Shown one piece after another: positions 1 to 12,690 of a stretch of 64,000 bases of DNA. The stretch spans positions 175,150,001 to 175,214,000 of the forward strand of contig OZ024742.1 of NCBI GenBank assembly GCA_964016885.1. The letters are read 5' to 3'. Source of the stretch: Eledone cirrhosa. Its lineage: Eukaryota. The notes under the pieces were generated by a model that was not told the DNA's origin, did no database searches, and worked only from the letters and a program-made list of their open reading frames with translations. The first letter of the stretch is position 1; each line of letters starts with the position of its first letter. Made by a program: the position numbers and the translations under genes.

Positions 1-54
1 TTGTTTTCAAACAAACCGAGCATTATAATAAATGTTCGGTAAATCCATACGTAC

Positions 55-87
<33 letters not shown>

Positions 88-255
88 CATGTATGTATAT
101 ATATATACATGGTACTGTACGTCTGTATACATATATGTATGTACATGTACATACTTATATTTAAGTAACAGCTGTACTAAGAGTGAGAAATGAAATTTCG
201 TTTCATTTTTTCCATTTATATATATATATATATGGAAAAATGAAACGAAATTCTA

Positions 256-286
<31 letters not shown>

Positions 287-317
287 AATAAAATGTGGAG
301 AGGAGGCACACGAGTTA

Positions 318-385
<68 letters not shown>

Positions 386-1218
386 ACAGGGAGAAAGAAA
401 CGATTATGAGGAAGAACAATTTTTTTTTTCCTTTTTTTTTGGCTCTATCTCTCTTTTTTCTGGGTTAGAAGATGATTAAAACGAAATCGTTTACTTTGTG
501 TGAAGTGTTAAGTTATTAGTTGATTTATTTATTATTTAACAATGACATTTATTTATCTATTTATATATTTAATTATTGTCTATTACCGGTTTCTGCATTT
601 ATATGCATTATCAAATGATAGTGAAATGTATTAGTGTGGTGTCGCACATGTTAAACAGAAGGTGCAGAAAGAATAATGTTATATACAAACAAGGTTTAAG
701 AAGTGAAAAGAAAAAGGAAAAAAAAACGTGCATAATGTGGAACGTAAAAAGTCAATGTGGAAGAAAAGTTAATGTTATTTACAACCACAGTCATTGAAGT
801 TAAACAGTTCAAAATGGGTTAATATCGCAAGAGTGCTTAGTTGAACCATGGTTCCGTAATGGAGGCAAATGGTGGACTGTGGTTTCATATGATTTCCCTT
901 TTTAGAGTGTTAATATGCAGGGGGAAGCAATTCTTGCTGGGTGATATTTAATTTATATAAGAAAAAGGATTAGGTAGGGTTTGAGGGAGGTAACTCTTGT
1001 AAATGTTTGATGGTTTGATTTACTCTTGTAAATGTTTTAGGGCATTGAGTACTGGTTGAAATTTATTAATGAAATGTGTTTCCTTATTGGTGCGTTGGAT
1101 GAAAGTAGCGTTGTCTATGAATTTGTAAATGGGGAAATTTAAACGTTTGGAAGTTGGTTGAGAGCACAATTGGCAATCTTTCTGTATTCCTGTATTTTAA
1201 TTTATGATTTATGGACGG

Positions 1219-1557
1219 TCATACGTTGACGGAGGCTGTTTTTGTCTGTCCTATATAGTGCTCTTGACAACCTGAGCAAGTCAAAACATAGATAAGGTTT
1301 TCAGATGCACATGTAAAGTTGTGTTTAACTGTGAAACGATGTCCTTGTTTAAAATGGAATGTTGAACCTTCTATTAGATTTATGCATATACCACAGTTGG
1401 GTGTTCCGAATGTTGTTACTGTAGGGTTTATTGTGAGAGTTTGTTGGATTTTGGCTTGTGTGAGGATCTTTTTTATGGATTTGGGTTGTCTTTTGCTCTT
1501 TATGATGCAACTAAGCACTCTTGCGATATTAACACATTTTGAACTGCTTAACTTCAA
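1219..1557 (-). pseudogene. PLE GIY-YIG endonuclease fragment (Neptune/Poseidon-like)
   Basis: KRQPKSIKKILT...CGIC...FTVKHNFTCASENLIYVLTCSGCQEHYIGQTK matches the PLE linker zinc motif and GIY-YIG N-terminus (LIY...YIGQT). It is frameshifted afterwards. Confidence 0.8.
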
Positions 1558-1734
1558 TGAATGTGCTTGTAATTAACATTAACTTTTCTTCCACATTGAT
1601 TTTTTACGTTCCACATTATGCAATTTTTTTTTCCTTTTTCTTTTTTTCTTTTCACTTCTTAAACCTTGTTTGTATATAACATTATTCTTTCTGCACCTTC
1701 TGTTTAACATGTGCGACACCACACTAATACATTT

Positions 1735-1778
1735 CACTATCATTTGATAATGCATATAAATGCTGAAACCGGTAATAG
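1735..1778 (+). ncRNA. Hammerhead-like motif, U3:A8 core variant (mirror copy at ~580-621, minus)
   Basis: TTGATAA-TGCAT ataa ATGC(T)-GAAA-CCGG-TA-atag. Loop 3 is palindromic (ACCGGT) and the cleavage triplet is GUA. Stem I is short (ctat/atag). Confidence 0.55.
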
Positions 1779-1970
1779 ACAATAATTAAATATATAAATA
1801 GATAAATAAATGCCATTGTTAAATAATAAATAAATCAAATAATACCTTAACACTTCACACAAAGTAAAACATTTCGTTTTAATCATTTTCTAACCCAGAA
1901 AAAAGAGAGAGAGATTTTTCTTCCTCATAATCGTCTCTTTCTCCCAGTTTTCATATATATATATATATAT

Positions 1971-2874
1971 ATTGTTATACTTTGGGAGGGTCATGTTGAC
2001 AATAAGAAACACACTCACCAGTTGCTTTCACTTCAATTTATTATAATAACTTGATAAATTTAGGAATTTATAAATTTCCGGTTGGTTGGTTCCACAACCA
2101 GATGATTGTTTATATATTGTCAAAGTTTTTCGTCACACATTATGTGACCTCTTCAGTGACTGGGGATTCTTTTCTTTGATTTTGTGCCTCTCCCTTGTTT
2201 TGTCCTACGCCATCTTGTTTGTGTGTGTGTGTTGTGTGCTTAGTTTGCGCATGTGTTACATCCGGGTGTCTGTGTGTGTTTATATTCGTTTATTTATTTG
2301 TTTATTTACATGTTACTGGTTGGTTGTTTCTTCTATGTGTGTGTGTGTTTTCATTTTGTCCTTAATTGTAAGTTGATGTTGCATTAATGGAACAGCAACA
2401 GCAACATCACAACTTACAATTGAGGACAAAATGAAAAAACACACGCACATAGAACAAACAACCAACAAGTAACATGTAAATAAACAAATAAATAAACGAA
2501 TATAAACACACACAGACACCCGGATGTAACACATGCGCAAACTAAGCACACAACACACACACAAAAACAAGATGGCGTAGGACAGAACAAAGGAGAGGCA
2601 CAAACACAAAGAAAAAATCCACAGTCACTGAAGAGGTCACAGAATGTGTGACGAAAGCACTTTGACAATATATAAACAATCATCTAGTTGTGGAACTAAC
2701 CAACCAACCGGAAATTTATAAATTCCTAAATTTACTAATTTATTATAATAAATTGAAGTGAAAGCAACTGGTGCGTGTGTTTCTTATTGGCAACATGACC
2801 CTCCCAAAGTATAACAATATCGGTTTCAACACACGTTTTCAGATAAAGAATCTTACTAAACAAATTCAGAAACG

Positions 2875-2877
<3 letters not shown>
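1971..2877. mobile_element. Non-coding fold-back element (arms 1971-~2380 and ~2402-2818, short loop, 59-bp unpaired tail) between (TA)n tracts
   Basis: attgttatactttgggagggtcatgttg...gtccttaattgtaagttg is the reverse complement of caacttacaattgagg...catgaccctcccaaagtataacaat. Each arm carries an HHR. Confidence 0.9.
2624..2666 (+). ncRNA. Minimal type I hammerhead ribozyme motif (mirror copy 2119-2160, minus)
   Basis: gtca-CTGAAGA-g-GTCACA gaatg TGTGAC-GAAA-gcac-TT-tgac. Stem I is gtca/tgac and stem II is 6 bp. Confidence 0.8.
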
Positions 2878-2942
<65 letters not shown>

Positions 2943-3005
2943 GTGAGGTTCTTTTTACAAAATGAAAAATAACCGAGGTGTCATACACGAGTGAAAGTAT
3001 AAAGA

Positions 3006-3089
3006 AAAAAAGATGAAATCGAAAATGCAACTGGAGTCTTATTTTTTTTTAAATAAGACTCTAGTCGCATTTTCGATTTCATCTTTTTT
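3006..3089. repeat. Palindrome with ~38-bp arms next to (TA)n
   Basis: aaaaagatgaaatcgaaaatgcaactggagtcttattt / aaataagactctagtcgcattttcgatttcatcttttt. Confidence 0.8.
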
Positions 3090-4006
3090 AACTTTATATA
3101 TATATACTAGCATTAAAGGTCAGTAAGTTACTAAAGTTAGGTTGCACCACCCATTTTATGGCAGCACTTTTTTGTCTGCCAGGCACTGTGTGAATGAATT
3201 GCAGACCTGGACTGCCGAAGCAGGAGCTGCGCCAGCAGTGACAATTGTAGTTTCGCCTATGGATATTATCTCTGTGCAAAGAAGTGTTGAAATGTATTGT
3301 TTCACAGTACTTGCGCAACACGCGCGTAGACGATGCCAGCCGAAGAACAGAGCTGCGATGGAGTTGTTCTGCATGGTTGTCGAATGTGTGTTTTCTAAAT
3401 TTAAGACAGTAGGGACGGGTGTGATATGGGGAAGAGTTTGCTGCTGTTTCTAGCAGGTTTAGTGACTTCATAGAGTATATTATTGTGTATAGTAAATAAA
3501 CTGATACGTCTTTCTTCCACGTTCGTTGAGAGGTTTTTAAATCGATTTATCGCTACTTTTGTTGTTGTTGAATAAACTAATCTGTTGCTTTTGAATAATT
3601 GTTGTTTCGTATGAAATGTAATAAGTTCTCTTTGTCATTGAAGTAAATATATGTTTGACCGTTCCACACTCAATAACAAACGTTCTCTCTCTTTCTCCTC
3701 TCTCTCTCTCTTCAGCGTTTCTAAAGGAAGTTTGTAAGCATGTATGTAGTTTTATTGAATTTTAATGGGAGTAGAGAGAGGTACTCAGATTCTATTAGAG
3801 GAGTAAAGCGTCATGTATTTAGTTCTATCGATTGTTGCCATAATTGTGGGTGACTTTGAATGAAATAAATAGTCGTTGACCGAAGTTAGACCCTTTACAA
3901 CATTCTTACAGACATTGAGTCGAATCGGTTTGAAATTGTGCAAATGTATAAACATGGAACATGCACACACACAACAACAACAATCTGCCTTTTATAGATA
4001 ATGATG

Positions 4007-4282
<276 letters not shown>

Positions 4283-4419
4283 AATATTAATATGTATATA
4301 CATATATATATATATATGTATATATACGCATGTGTGTTTTAAAATCCCTCCCCCCTCAAAGAATTTCCTGTTCCTTCCTCTTCTCACTATTTCTTTTTAT
4401 TTATCTTCTATTTCTAACT

Positions 4420-4555
4420 CTATCCTCTGATGAAGGACTACTGTCCAAAACGTTAAGACATTCTTCCTGCTATTTCAAGTGTTAAACTAATATAAATCTT
4501 CCATGCACTGTGTCATTTACTTTGTTGTTTCTGTTTAGCTGTTACTTACACACAT
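4420..4555 (+). ncRNA. Degenerate PLE-type minimal hammerhead with pLTR tail (same family as 16960-17000)
   Basis: CTGATGA-a-GGAC tact GTCC-aAAA-CGTT-aaga (GAAA mutated to AAAA). The downstream cctgctatttcaag..ttaaactaatataa matches the copy at 16.9 kb. Confidence 0.6.
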
Positions 4556-5409
4556 ATGTATATATATATATATATATGTAGGAGGTGAGTTTTATTGTAG
4601 TACAATAAAGCAATGCAGATATCGGATAAGAAGAACTCTACAGTTTGTAGGACTGGAGTATACATAATATAAGATCAAAAGATGGTTAAAGGAGTTCCAT
4701 GTATTTTATTATGCGCATTTCAAAAACAAACATCATCATGCAATAATATTTGTGTTTTCATCAGATAAAACAGGAGAACATGATATGAAGGCTAAAAAAC
4801 ACTTGTGGATAGTGCAGTTTTAAATCAACATATGAAAAGTGGTTTTAGATTGATGTGTGATATTGGGAAAAATATTTTATTTAGAGAGGGGGGGGGAGGA
4901 TGAAAAAGGGGAGGAGATGAGAGGGAGAGATGGGTGATAGAGAGAAAGAGATAGTTTTTATAACTGAGAGAAGATATATTGTTTTACATAGAGAGGTTGA
5001 AAACCGTTGGAAGATAATGTATAAATTAAAAGAATTTGAAAATTAACGAAGGGAAAGATATGTACGAGGAAAAAATATTTTATTTAGGGAGGGGGGGGGG
5101 AAGGATGAAAAAAGGGGGAGGAGATGAGAGTGAAGGTGGAGAGGGAGAGATGGGTGATAGAGAGAAAGAGATAGTTTTTATAACTGAGAAAAGATATATT
5201 GTTTTACATAGAGAGGTTGAGAACCGTTGGAAGATAATGTATAAATTAAAAGAATTTGAAAATTAACGAAGGGAAAAATATTTACGAGGAAAGAGAGGGA
5301 GTTTATGTATGAAGATAGAGAGAAAAAATAATAATTGTGGATGAATATTCTAACGTCAAAAAGGTGTATGTTGATAAGTATTGTGGCAATTTCAGTTATA
5401 ACTAGCACC

Positions 5410-5748
5410 AATTCCTTCACCTATTTTGGCTCCACTTCCACCTCTTTTAAAGCTCGTCTCTATAATCACCATTCATCTTTCAAATACAAACTTAAAAGAA
5501 CCAACACGGCTCTCTCAGAACTCATATGGTCCTTGAAAGACAAAAACATTAAATATACCATCTTTTGGAAGAAGGTTTCTTCTGCATCCTCATACTTGAA
5601 CAGCTCTCTATCTAAAATCTGTAATCTCTGCCTAAATGAAAAATTTACCATTATCTCTAATCTAGATTCTATAATAAATAGACGTACAGATTTGTTTTCT
5701 ATCTGCCTGCATAAATTCCATAGGACTTTTCACAAAGTATACAGTTAA
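5410..5748 (+). pseudogene. Naiad-type GIY-YIG endonuclease C-terminal half
   Basis: YFGSTSTSFKARLYNHHSSF...TALSELIWSLK...W...ASSY...CNLCLNEK...INRRTDLFSICLHK is homologous to the C-terminus of the 60-kb element. Confidence 0.8.
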
Positions 5749-6916
5749 TATTCAATTCTTTATCAATTTAGAATCTTTTCTCAAAGGCACATATACATAC
5801 ACCTCTTTAAAATATACCCATCTTCCTACCTTACTTCAAAGGGCATTATACACTCTATAATACTTGTTTACTCATTACCCTCTTTCTATCTTCACCTTGT
5901 AAAATCCTTCATAACATATACATTTGTTTTTTTGACGTTAGAATATTCATCCGCAATTATTATTATTTTTTCTCTCTATCATAACACTTTTTAATCTCAA
6001 TTTCATCCTTAATTCATTATTTCTTTCTCCCCATCAACGAACTCATTCTTAATACATATTAACTCTTTCTTCGCACATATTATCAACTCCTTCAATATAC
6101 AAACCTTATCTTCACATTATTTTTCTCAAATCATCTAATACACAAACCTTAATAATTTGTTAATACATATTAACTCTTTCTTCGCACATATTATCAATTC
6201 CTTCAATATACAAACTTTAACTTCACATTATTTTTCTCAAATCCTTCTACACACAAACCTTAATATTTTTTTCTCTTCGTTAATTTTGAAATTGCCACAA
6301 TACTTATCAACATACACCTTTTTGACGTTAGAATATTCATCCACAATTATTATTTTTTATCTCTATCTTCATACATAAACTCCCTCTCTTTCCTCGTAAA
6401 TATTTTCCCTTCGTTAATTTTCAAATTCTTTTAATTTATTCATTATCTTCCAACGGTTCTCAACCTCTCTATGTAAAACAATATATCTTTTCTCAGTTAT
6501 AAAAACTATCTCTTTCTCTCTATCACCCATCTCTCCCTCTCCACCTTCACTCTCATCTCCTCCCCCTTTTTTCATCCTTTCCACCCCCCCCCTCCCTAAA
6601 TAAAATATTTTTTCCTCGTACATATCTTTCCCTTCGTTAATTTTCAAATTCTTTTAATTTATACATTATCTTCCAACGGTTTTCAACCTCTCTATGTAAA
6701 ACAATATATCTTCTCTCAGTTATAAAAACTATCTCTTTCTCTCTATCACCCATCTCTCCCTCTCATCTCCTCCCCTTTTTCATCCTTTCCACCCCCCCCT
6801 CTCTAAATAAAATATTTTTCCCAAAATCACACATCAATCTAAAACCACTTTTCATATGTTGATTTAAAACTGCACTATCCACAAGTGTTTTTTAGCCTTC
6901 ATATCATGTTCTCCTG

Positions 6917-6983
6917 TTTTATCTGATGAAAACACAAATATTATTGCATGATGATGTTTGTTTTTGAAATGCGCATAATAAAA
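6917..6983 (+). ncRNA. Type I hammerhead ribozyme motif (mirror copy 4704-4770, minus)
   Basis: ttttat-CTGATGA-aaacacaaatattatt gcat gatgatgtttgttttt-GAAA-tgcgca-TA-ataaaa. Stem I is 6 bp, stem II is long, and ATGCGCAT is palindromic. Confidence 0.9.
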
Positions 6984-7015
6984 TACATGGAACTCCTTTA
7001 ACCATCTTTTGATCT

Positions 7016-7047
<32 letters not shown>

Positions 7048-7051
<4 letters not shown>

Positions 7052-7246
7052 ATAATAATAAATTTGAAGACTAAAATCCAAAGAGGGCTCGATAACCATA
7101 AATATATATCAAATATATAAGAACCATAGAGCAAATATTTATTAAAATAACAGATTAAAGTTTAAGCAAAGAATCGCTGCTTTCACCCTTAACGGGATCT
7201 TCGCAGCGATTATTTGCTTAAACTTTAATCTGTTATTTTAATAAAA

Positions 7247-7250
<4 letters not shown>
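7048..7250. mobile_element. Short fold-back between (TA)n tracts with a partial HHR-like loop
   Basis: Arms attaaaataacagattaaagtttaagcaaagaatcgctgc / gcagcgattatttgcttaaactttaatctgttattttt. The terminus gaagactaaaatccaaagagggctcgataa recurs inverted at ~12570-12615 and diverged at ~44326. Confidence 0.7.
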
Positions 7251-7290
<40 letters not shown>

Positions 7291-8571
7291 CTATACATGC
7301 ATACATACATAAACATACATGTATGCACACATACTTACACACACATACACATAATGGGCTTCTGTACGGCTGCTGTCTAGTAAATTTCACTGACAAGATA
7401 CTTTCTTGAAAGTGACTATGTGTAAGACTACTAAAGCATTTCCTGATTTTCTTTGTAAAAACACCAATTTATCCTTACCTAACTTTTGAGAAATAATGGC
7501 AAACCAATCCTTATTGAATATTTCAGTACTGTGTGAAATATTAGATGCATTATTTAGCAAATAATTATCGGGAATGAACCAGATTATATTTTTCATTTAT
7601 ACAATACACTTTCTCTAGTTTTCAGGTCTTCTGAACACAACCACTCACAAATATTGAAAACAATCACTTAAACTCCCAATAGAATGAAGCTTTACAGATT
7701 CATTAGCTTTTATCATGCCCGATTACATCACTCATAGCAGTGTTGTAGACTATTGGCAAACAAAACCATAAGCTCCTTCACTCTGGCCTTGCATTCTACA
7801 TAAACTACTTGATTTTCTTTATGTTATTACTACATGAGTAACACTTCCTTTGCTTTAGCAATGTTTACCTTTAATGATTTTACAGAAAATATCTATAAAA
7901 TTGTTTGTTAATTCAAATGTTTATAGTATCTATACTAATGGACAGCCCATAGTGAGATTTTGTAGTAAACCAAAGTAAAAACTTTAATACTTAATGTGAT
8001 GCTGTTTTAGTGCTGTTTTAGTGCTGTTTAGTACTTTTCAAGAATGTCTTACTAGTGTGTTTTCATAATTCAAATGTTCATATTATCTTCACTGTTGGTC
8101 AAATCATGTTGAAAATTTAAAGAAAACTATAATAAATACTTTAACACTTATTGCAATGCAATCATCGTCATAGATTACACTTTTTAAAAATGTCTTGGTA
8201 ATAAAGTTTCATGGGGTACACGATGCTAAGAGTTAAAATCCGGACATTTTCTTTTTTATAAATGAAGAATATTGATTGTTTTTCTGTCTGAAATTTGCAT
8301 GCATCTTCATTGCCTTGTATATACACTACTAATCTATTACTTTTGCAATAATATGGGTTTAGCTGTGCTGCTTTATCTTGTTTGCTCTTATTTTGTAAAA
8401 AATGAGAATTGAGAATGTACGACTGGCATACCAGTTAGGTAACAGTCACTGAAAATTCCTGAATATCAGCCCATCACAAAACAAATGCCTGTGTAAAGTG
8501 TACCCCTTTTTTTTGGTGGAAACATTTGATCATTAAAACTTGCACTATACTTGTATAGGCATGGTAGATAT

Positions 8572-8626
<55 letters not shown>

Positions 8627-8889
8627 TATGTGTGTGTGTCTCTGTGTGTGGTGTGTTTGTGTATCATAATAATCAAGAAGTGAGAAGAGAGCACTATAAT
8701 CAGTAGAAGAATTACATATTTACATAATGACATTTAACATTATACTGGCTACTGTCTAGTTCTCTATTTAAACAGATCAATTCATTTAGGATGATATATT
8801 TCTAAATCTGTTCAGTATACCTCAGCTTTTATATTTTTAAAATGTGCTGATTTGAGGAATTGTGCATATATATATATATATATATATAA

Positions 8890-8979
<90 letters not shown>

Positions 8980-11511
8980 ATATATACGTATAAATATATA
9001 TTAGCTGGGAGACCAGTAAAAGAATAATAAATAATGCTTCATATGTTGATTAAATCATATGAAATGACTATCAAATATTCCCCTTTACCTAGGCCACAGG
9101 ATTAAGAAATTTACTTGACAGTCGTAAAGTCATGGGTTGCTACTGTGTGACATCTTCAGTATGAGTGATTTACCATAGCCTATGTAAATTAAATTCTGGT
9201 AATCAGAATTTATAAGGAAACCCATTGGATGGACAGTTCCTCTAATTCAAAGAACCATCCTTGTCACACACTGCATCACATGAAATTTCCATAAATATTA
9301 TGTTAAGGGTACTTACTTCAGTCTGTCTAATGCTCAGCTACTTGAACTATAATTTCATGAGCAGGCTGGTCTGTTGATCAAGCAATTGGAACATGGGTGT
9401 CCATTGCATCCAACTTTGTAATTTATTCCTTAATTTTGGAAATATTAGTTAAAGAAAAACTTTTGGTTGTTATTTGGATACTTTTGGAACAAATCAAATT
9501 GTGTTTGTCCTGTTTTCCTCTAACATCGTGGCTAATTTCAATTTCCCTTGTAATGCTCTGGTAATGAAGTATTTCTGTCAGCAAATCTAATATAATAGTT
9601 CATTCCGATTGACAAAACTTACATCACTTTAAACTTTCAGATGGCATTGAAAACCCACTTTTGCCCTGCCTTAATCAAATTCTCTCATTGTGTTCTGGGC
9701 TATGTATAGTTTGTATTAAAATGATTCTATTCAACATTATAACATATGTAGAACAACAGTTGTGTGATATCTAATAGCAGATTAAATTGCAAGAATTAGA
9801 ATGTGTTAAATTGAAAATTAAATGCAACTTAATGTACAGTAGTATTCTTGCAAAGTAGAATTAATGCATGGTTTTGTATGTTAGCTGCTTACTTAGGATA
9901 AATAACATTCAACCTGGTGGCATTTTAATAGTGAATTTTGCAAGTAAGAATAATCTCACCAAAGTTATTAAATTAGGTTTTGAGTTTACATCAGTCTTAA
10001 TAAATTAAGCAAATAATTGCAGTTTTTACACATTTGTATTGCCTTTCAGATTTCAGATCTCGTGTATGATCTGTTCACCACTTCATATGAATATTCTTGC
10101 TAACTCAACTAGTTTAATCGTTTCATTACTATATTTCAAATGAAAAACATTGCCTATTATTTTCAAATAATTTGGAATGTAATCAAGACTTTAGACAGAT
10201 TTAGTAATATAACAAATCTTCTCATCATTAAGTTGCTGTTTGGATTTGGAACATAACATATGTTTTTCCATAAAATTATTTTGAAAGGATTTTGATAAAT
10301 CTGAAAATTTTAAAACAGTTTTGAATCATAGAGCTAGGGCTAGTTCATGCATATTGGTATAGAAAGTGTTAAAACTTGAGATTAGTTCAAGGAAGTTAGG
10401 AGAGTATTCTTTAATTAGAGATCTGACTAACATGCCTGCAACAAAATAGACTCAGATCTTAACATCAAATATTAATACTAGAACGATAGTCAAATTCCAT
10501 AGTAAAATAGTTTTGCCAACATCTTTGTATGGCAGTGAAACATAGAAGATGATAGCAAAAGATGGCTAAGAACCTGGACATTTTTCACCAACATTGCCTG
10601 TGGAAAATTCTCAAAGTCACAAATAAAGAAATTCATATGTAAAGCAAATCCCAGCCACTGAAAAACACTGTTACACTGCATCAGTTTCATTTGACACATC
10701 ACATTTTGTGTCTGCCAGTCACTCAGCTTGCTGGAGAAGGGAAAGTGGCAGAGGGGTTAACCCAAGTATATCTGGTGCCGGTCAAACATTCCAGAAAGAC
10801 CTGAGGCACGCAGGAATTATTTGTATAGGTGCGGGGAGAACAATACAAAATCAAGCATGCTAGTAGAAGCTTACTGCCTTGTGCACCTGAAGGTGCAGAA
10901 AGACCAAAGAATAAGAAGGCACTCGAAACCACATGGTGGCATTAAACTGGGCAATAGACTAATGCCAGAGCAGAATTTGAACTCAGAATGAAAAGAGCTG
11001 AAAACCATAAAGCAAAACATCTTCTTGAATGCTTCAACAATCCCACCGAACCTGGACTAGTATGGTACTTTATGTTATCTATCCTGAAAGAATCAAAGAT
11101 AAAATTGACCATAAAGATTTGAACATAGAGAATAAAATGCCAGAACAAATAGTACAAAACATTTTGTTCTACCCACAAGTCAATCTGACTATTCATGAAC
11201 ATATATCCTTGATACCTGCTACTGTGATTTGATAAGTATATTCACATTTTGCAACAACAAGTGCTTTATGGCCATTTTCACTGATAAACTTGGGGCTAGC
11301 AGCCTTGCAGATCCCATGGCAGACTTCATACATATCATAGGATCCTTTTGAGGGCATTATTTTATGGCCAGTTGACCTTACTACAGCAAACTCTTTTACT
11401 AATCTTTTACAACCAAGGAAATAAATAACAGACTTAAAAAATTTTAAGTACATATTTGACCAATGCCTTGTGAGTGAACCTTGGTTAATGGAAACTGTGC
11501 AAAAGCCCATC

Positions 11512-11839
11512 ATTTCATTTCATTTCATTTCATTTTACGTCCGCTTTTTCCCTGCTTGCAAGGGTGGGGCAGGAACTGATGCTGGCTTGATTTCTACAGC
11601 TGGATGCCCTTCCTAACACCAACCTCATTTACAGTGAGTGCTAGGTGCTTTTTTGCCGTGGCACCTCCATGACCATTTTGCAGTGGAATGATATGGACCC
11701 CTGTCACTATCATCTCATTTCTACAGGTGAGTAAACGGGAGCAATGTGAAATAAAGTGTCTTGCTCAAGGAAACAACACATCACCCGGTCTGAGAATTGA
11801 ACTCACAGACTTTCGATTGCAAGGCCAATGCTCTAACCA
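11512..11839 (-). mobile_element. tRNA-derived SINE, 5'-truncated
   Basis: Near-identical to 37590-37918. It has the B-box gagttcaattct, the ccttgagcaagacac core and an RTE-like 3' tail. Confidence 0.8.
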
Positions 11840-11962
11840 GATAGAATCACCAGATAAAATATATACCGTTTCCTTTCCCAATTAGCATAATAAACCATAT
11901 AAAAAATCAATATATATTTTATCTGGTGATTCTATAGACATGTTTTATGATATATATATATA

Positions 11963-12555
11963 TAAAAGCAAAGGGATATTTAATTTGTTGGTAGTTCAAC
12001 AAATATATATATTTATAACTGATTCGAAGCACTCAACAAGTTTTCTGGAGTATAGTATCAATGATATTAATAAATGGAAACTATATTTATAAAACCATAT
12101 TTATTCTATTATATCTATTTCAAGGGTACCAAAACTTTTGTACGCTCTCATTAGATAAAATACAAAGTTTGTTTTATAAATATTGACATATCCAGTATGT
12201 CAATATTTATAAAACAAACTTTGTATTTTATCTGATGAGAGCGTACAAAAGTTTTGGTACCCTTGAATTATTCTAGGGCGGGTAAAATTCCTGAGATCCA
12301 TGGACGAGTTCTCTCCAGCGGTCTCTGTCCCTCATTATCGCTGCCATGTCCTGTGTCTCCAACATACCAGTGTCTGTCCTTAGGGCATCAACATACGTTA
12401 ACCTTGGTCTTCCTCTTCCAGTGTGTCCATGTAGGGGCTCCCACAGGTGCACTGAGTGCAATGTCGACTCTGGATGTCGGTGAGCATGTCCAGCTAACTT
12501 CAGTCTAATAAATATGGTTTTATAAATATAGTTTCCATTTATTAATATCATTGGT
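11963..12555. mobile_element. Non-coding HHR fold-back element (hairpin centre ~12193) with a LINE 3' fragment in one arm
   Basis: 12118-12190 pairs with 12196-12268 and 12059-12104 pairs with 12508-12553. The plus arm reads tattttat-CTGATGA-gagcgtac...gtacccttGAA. Same family as the 28.1, 28.6 and 41.5 kb loci. Confidence 0.85.
12269..12506 (-). mobile_element. 3' terminal fragment of an RTE-like LINE
   Basis: RLKLAGHAHRH...LWEPLHGHTGRGRPRLTYVDALRTDTG...MRDRDRWRELV is a typical RTE-group C-terminus. Confidence 0.75.
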
Positions 12556-12690
12556 ATATATATATAATCCTTATCGAGCCCTCTTCGGATTTCAGTCTTC
12601 ACATTTGTTATTACTATATATATATATATATGTGTGTGTATGTAAAATGTAAATAGAAATAACAACACAATCAGTACAGTATTTGGAAGG

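Larger units (their letters stand above)
381..1953 (-). mobile_element. Truncated Penelope-like element with ~460-bp inverted arms around a GIY-YIG fragment, inserted in (TA)n
   Basis: 381-~843 (tgaaaacagggagaaagaaacgattatgagg...) is the reverse complement of ~1507-1953 (...cctcataatcgtctctttctcccagttttca). Both ends abut (TA)n. Confidence 0.85.
4578..7023. mobile_element. Naiad-type PLE 3' fragment with ~730-bp inverted arms (4664-5392 / 6287-7023) in (TA)n
   Basis: The arms are near-identical reverse complements, including an internal ~200-bp tandem duplication. They enclose a GIY-YIG C-terminal fragment and each carries an HHR. Confidence 0.9.

Noticed and set aside
576-1782. Duplicated small genes (73 aa and 67 aa MSITGF ORFs; likewise the MKINEG pair at 5036 and 6647)
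   Set aside because: They are mirror translations of inverted repeat arms with non-ATG starts and no protein features.
7300-11500. Host exons in the repeat-poor AT-rich stretch
   Set aside because: No ORF with recognisable motifs or convincing splice pattern. Small exons cannot be excluded without RNA-seq.
11840-11936. Additional hammerhead in a small fold-back (ttttatctggtga)
   Set aside because: The inverted arms of ~25 bp are real, but the core is mutated and there is no GAAA or stem II.
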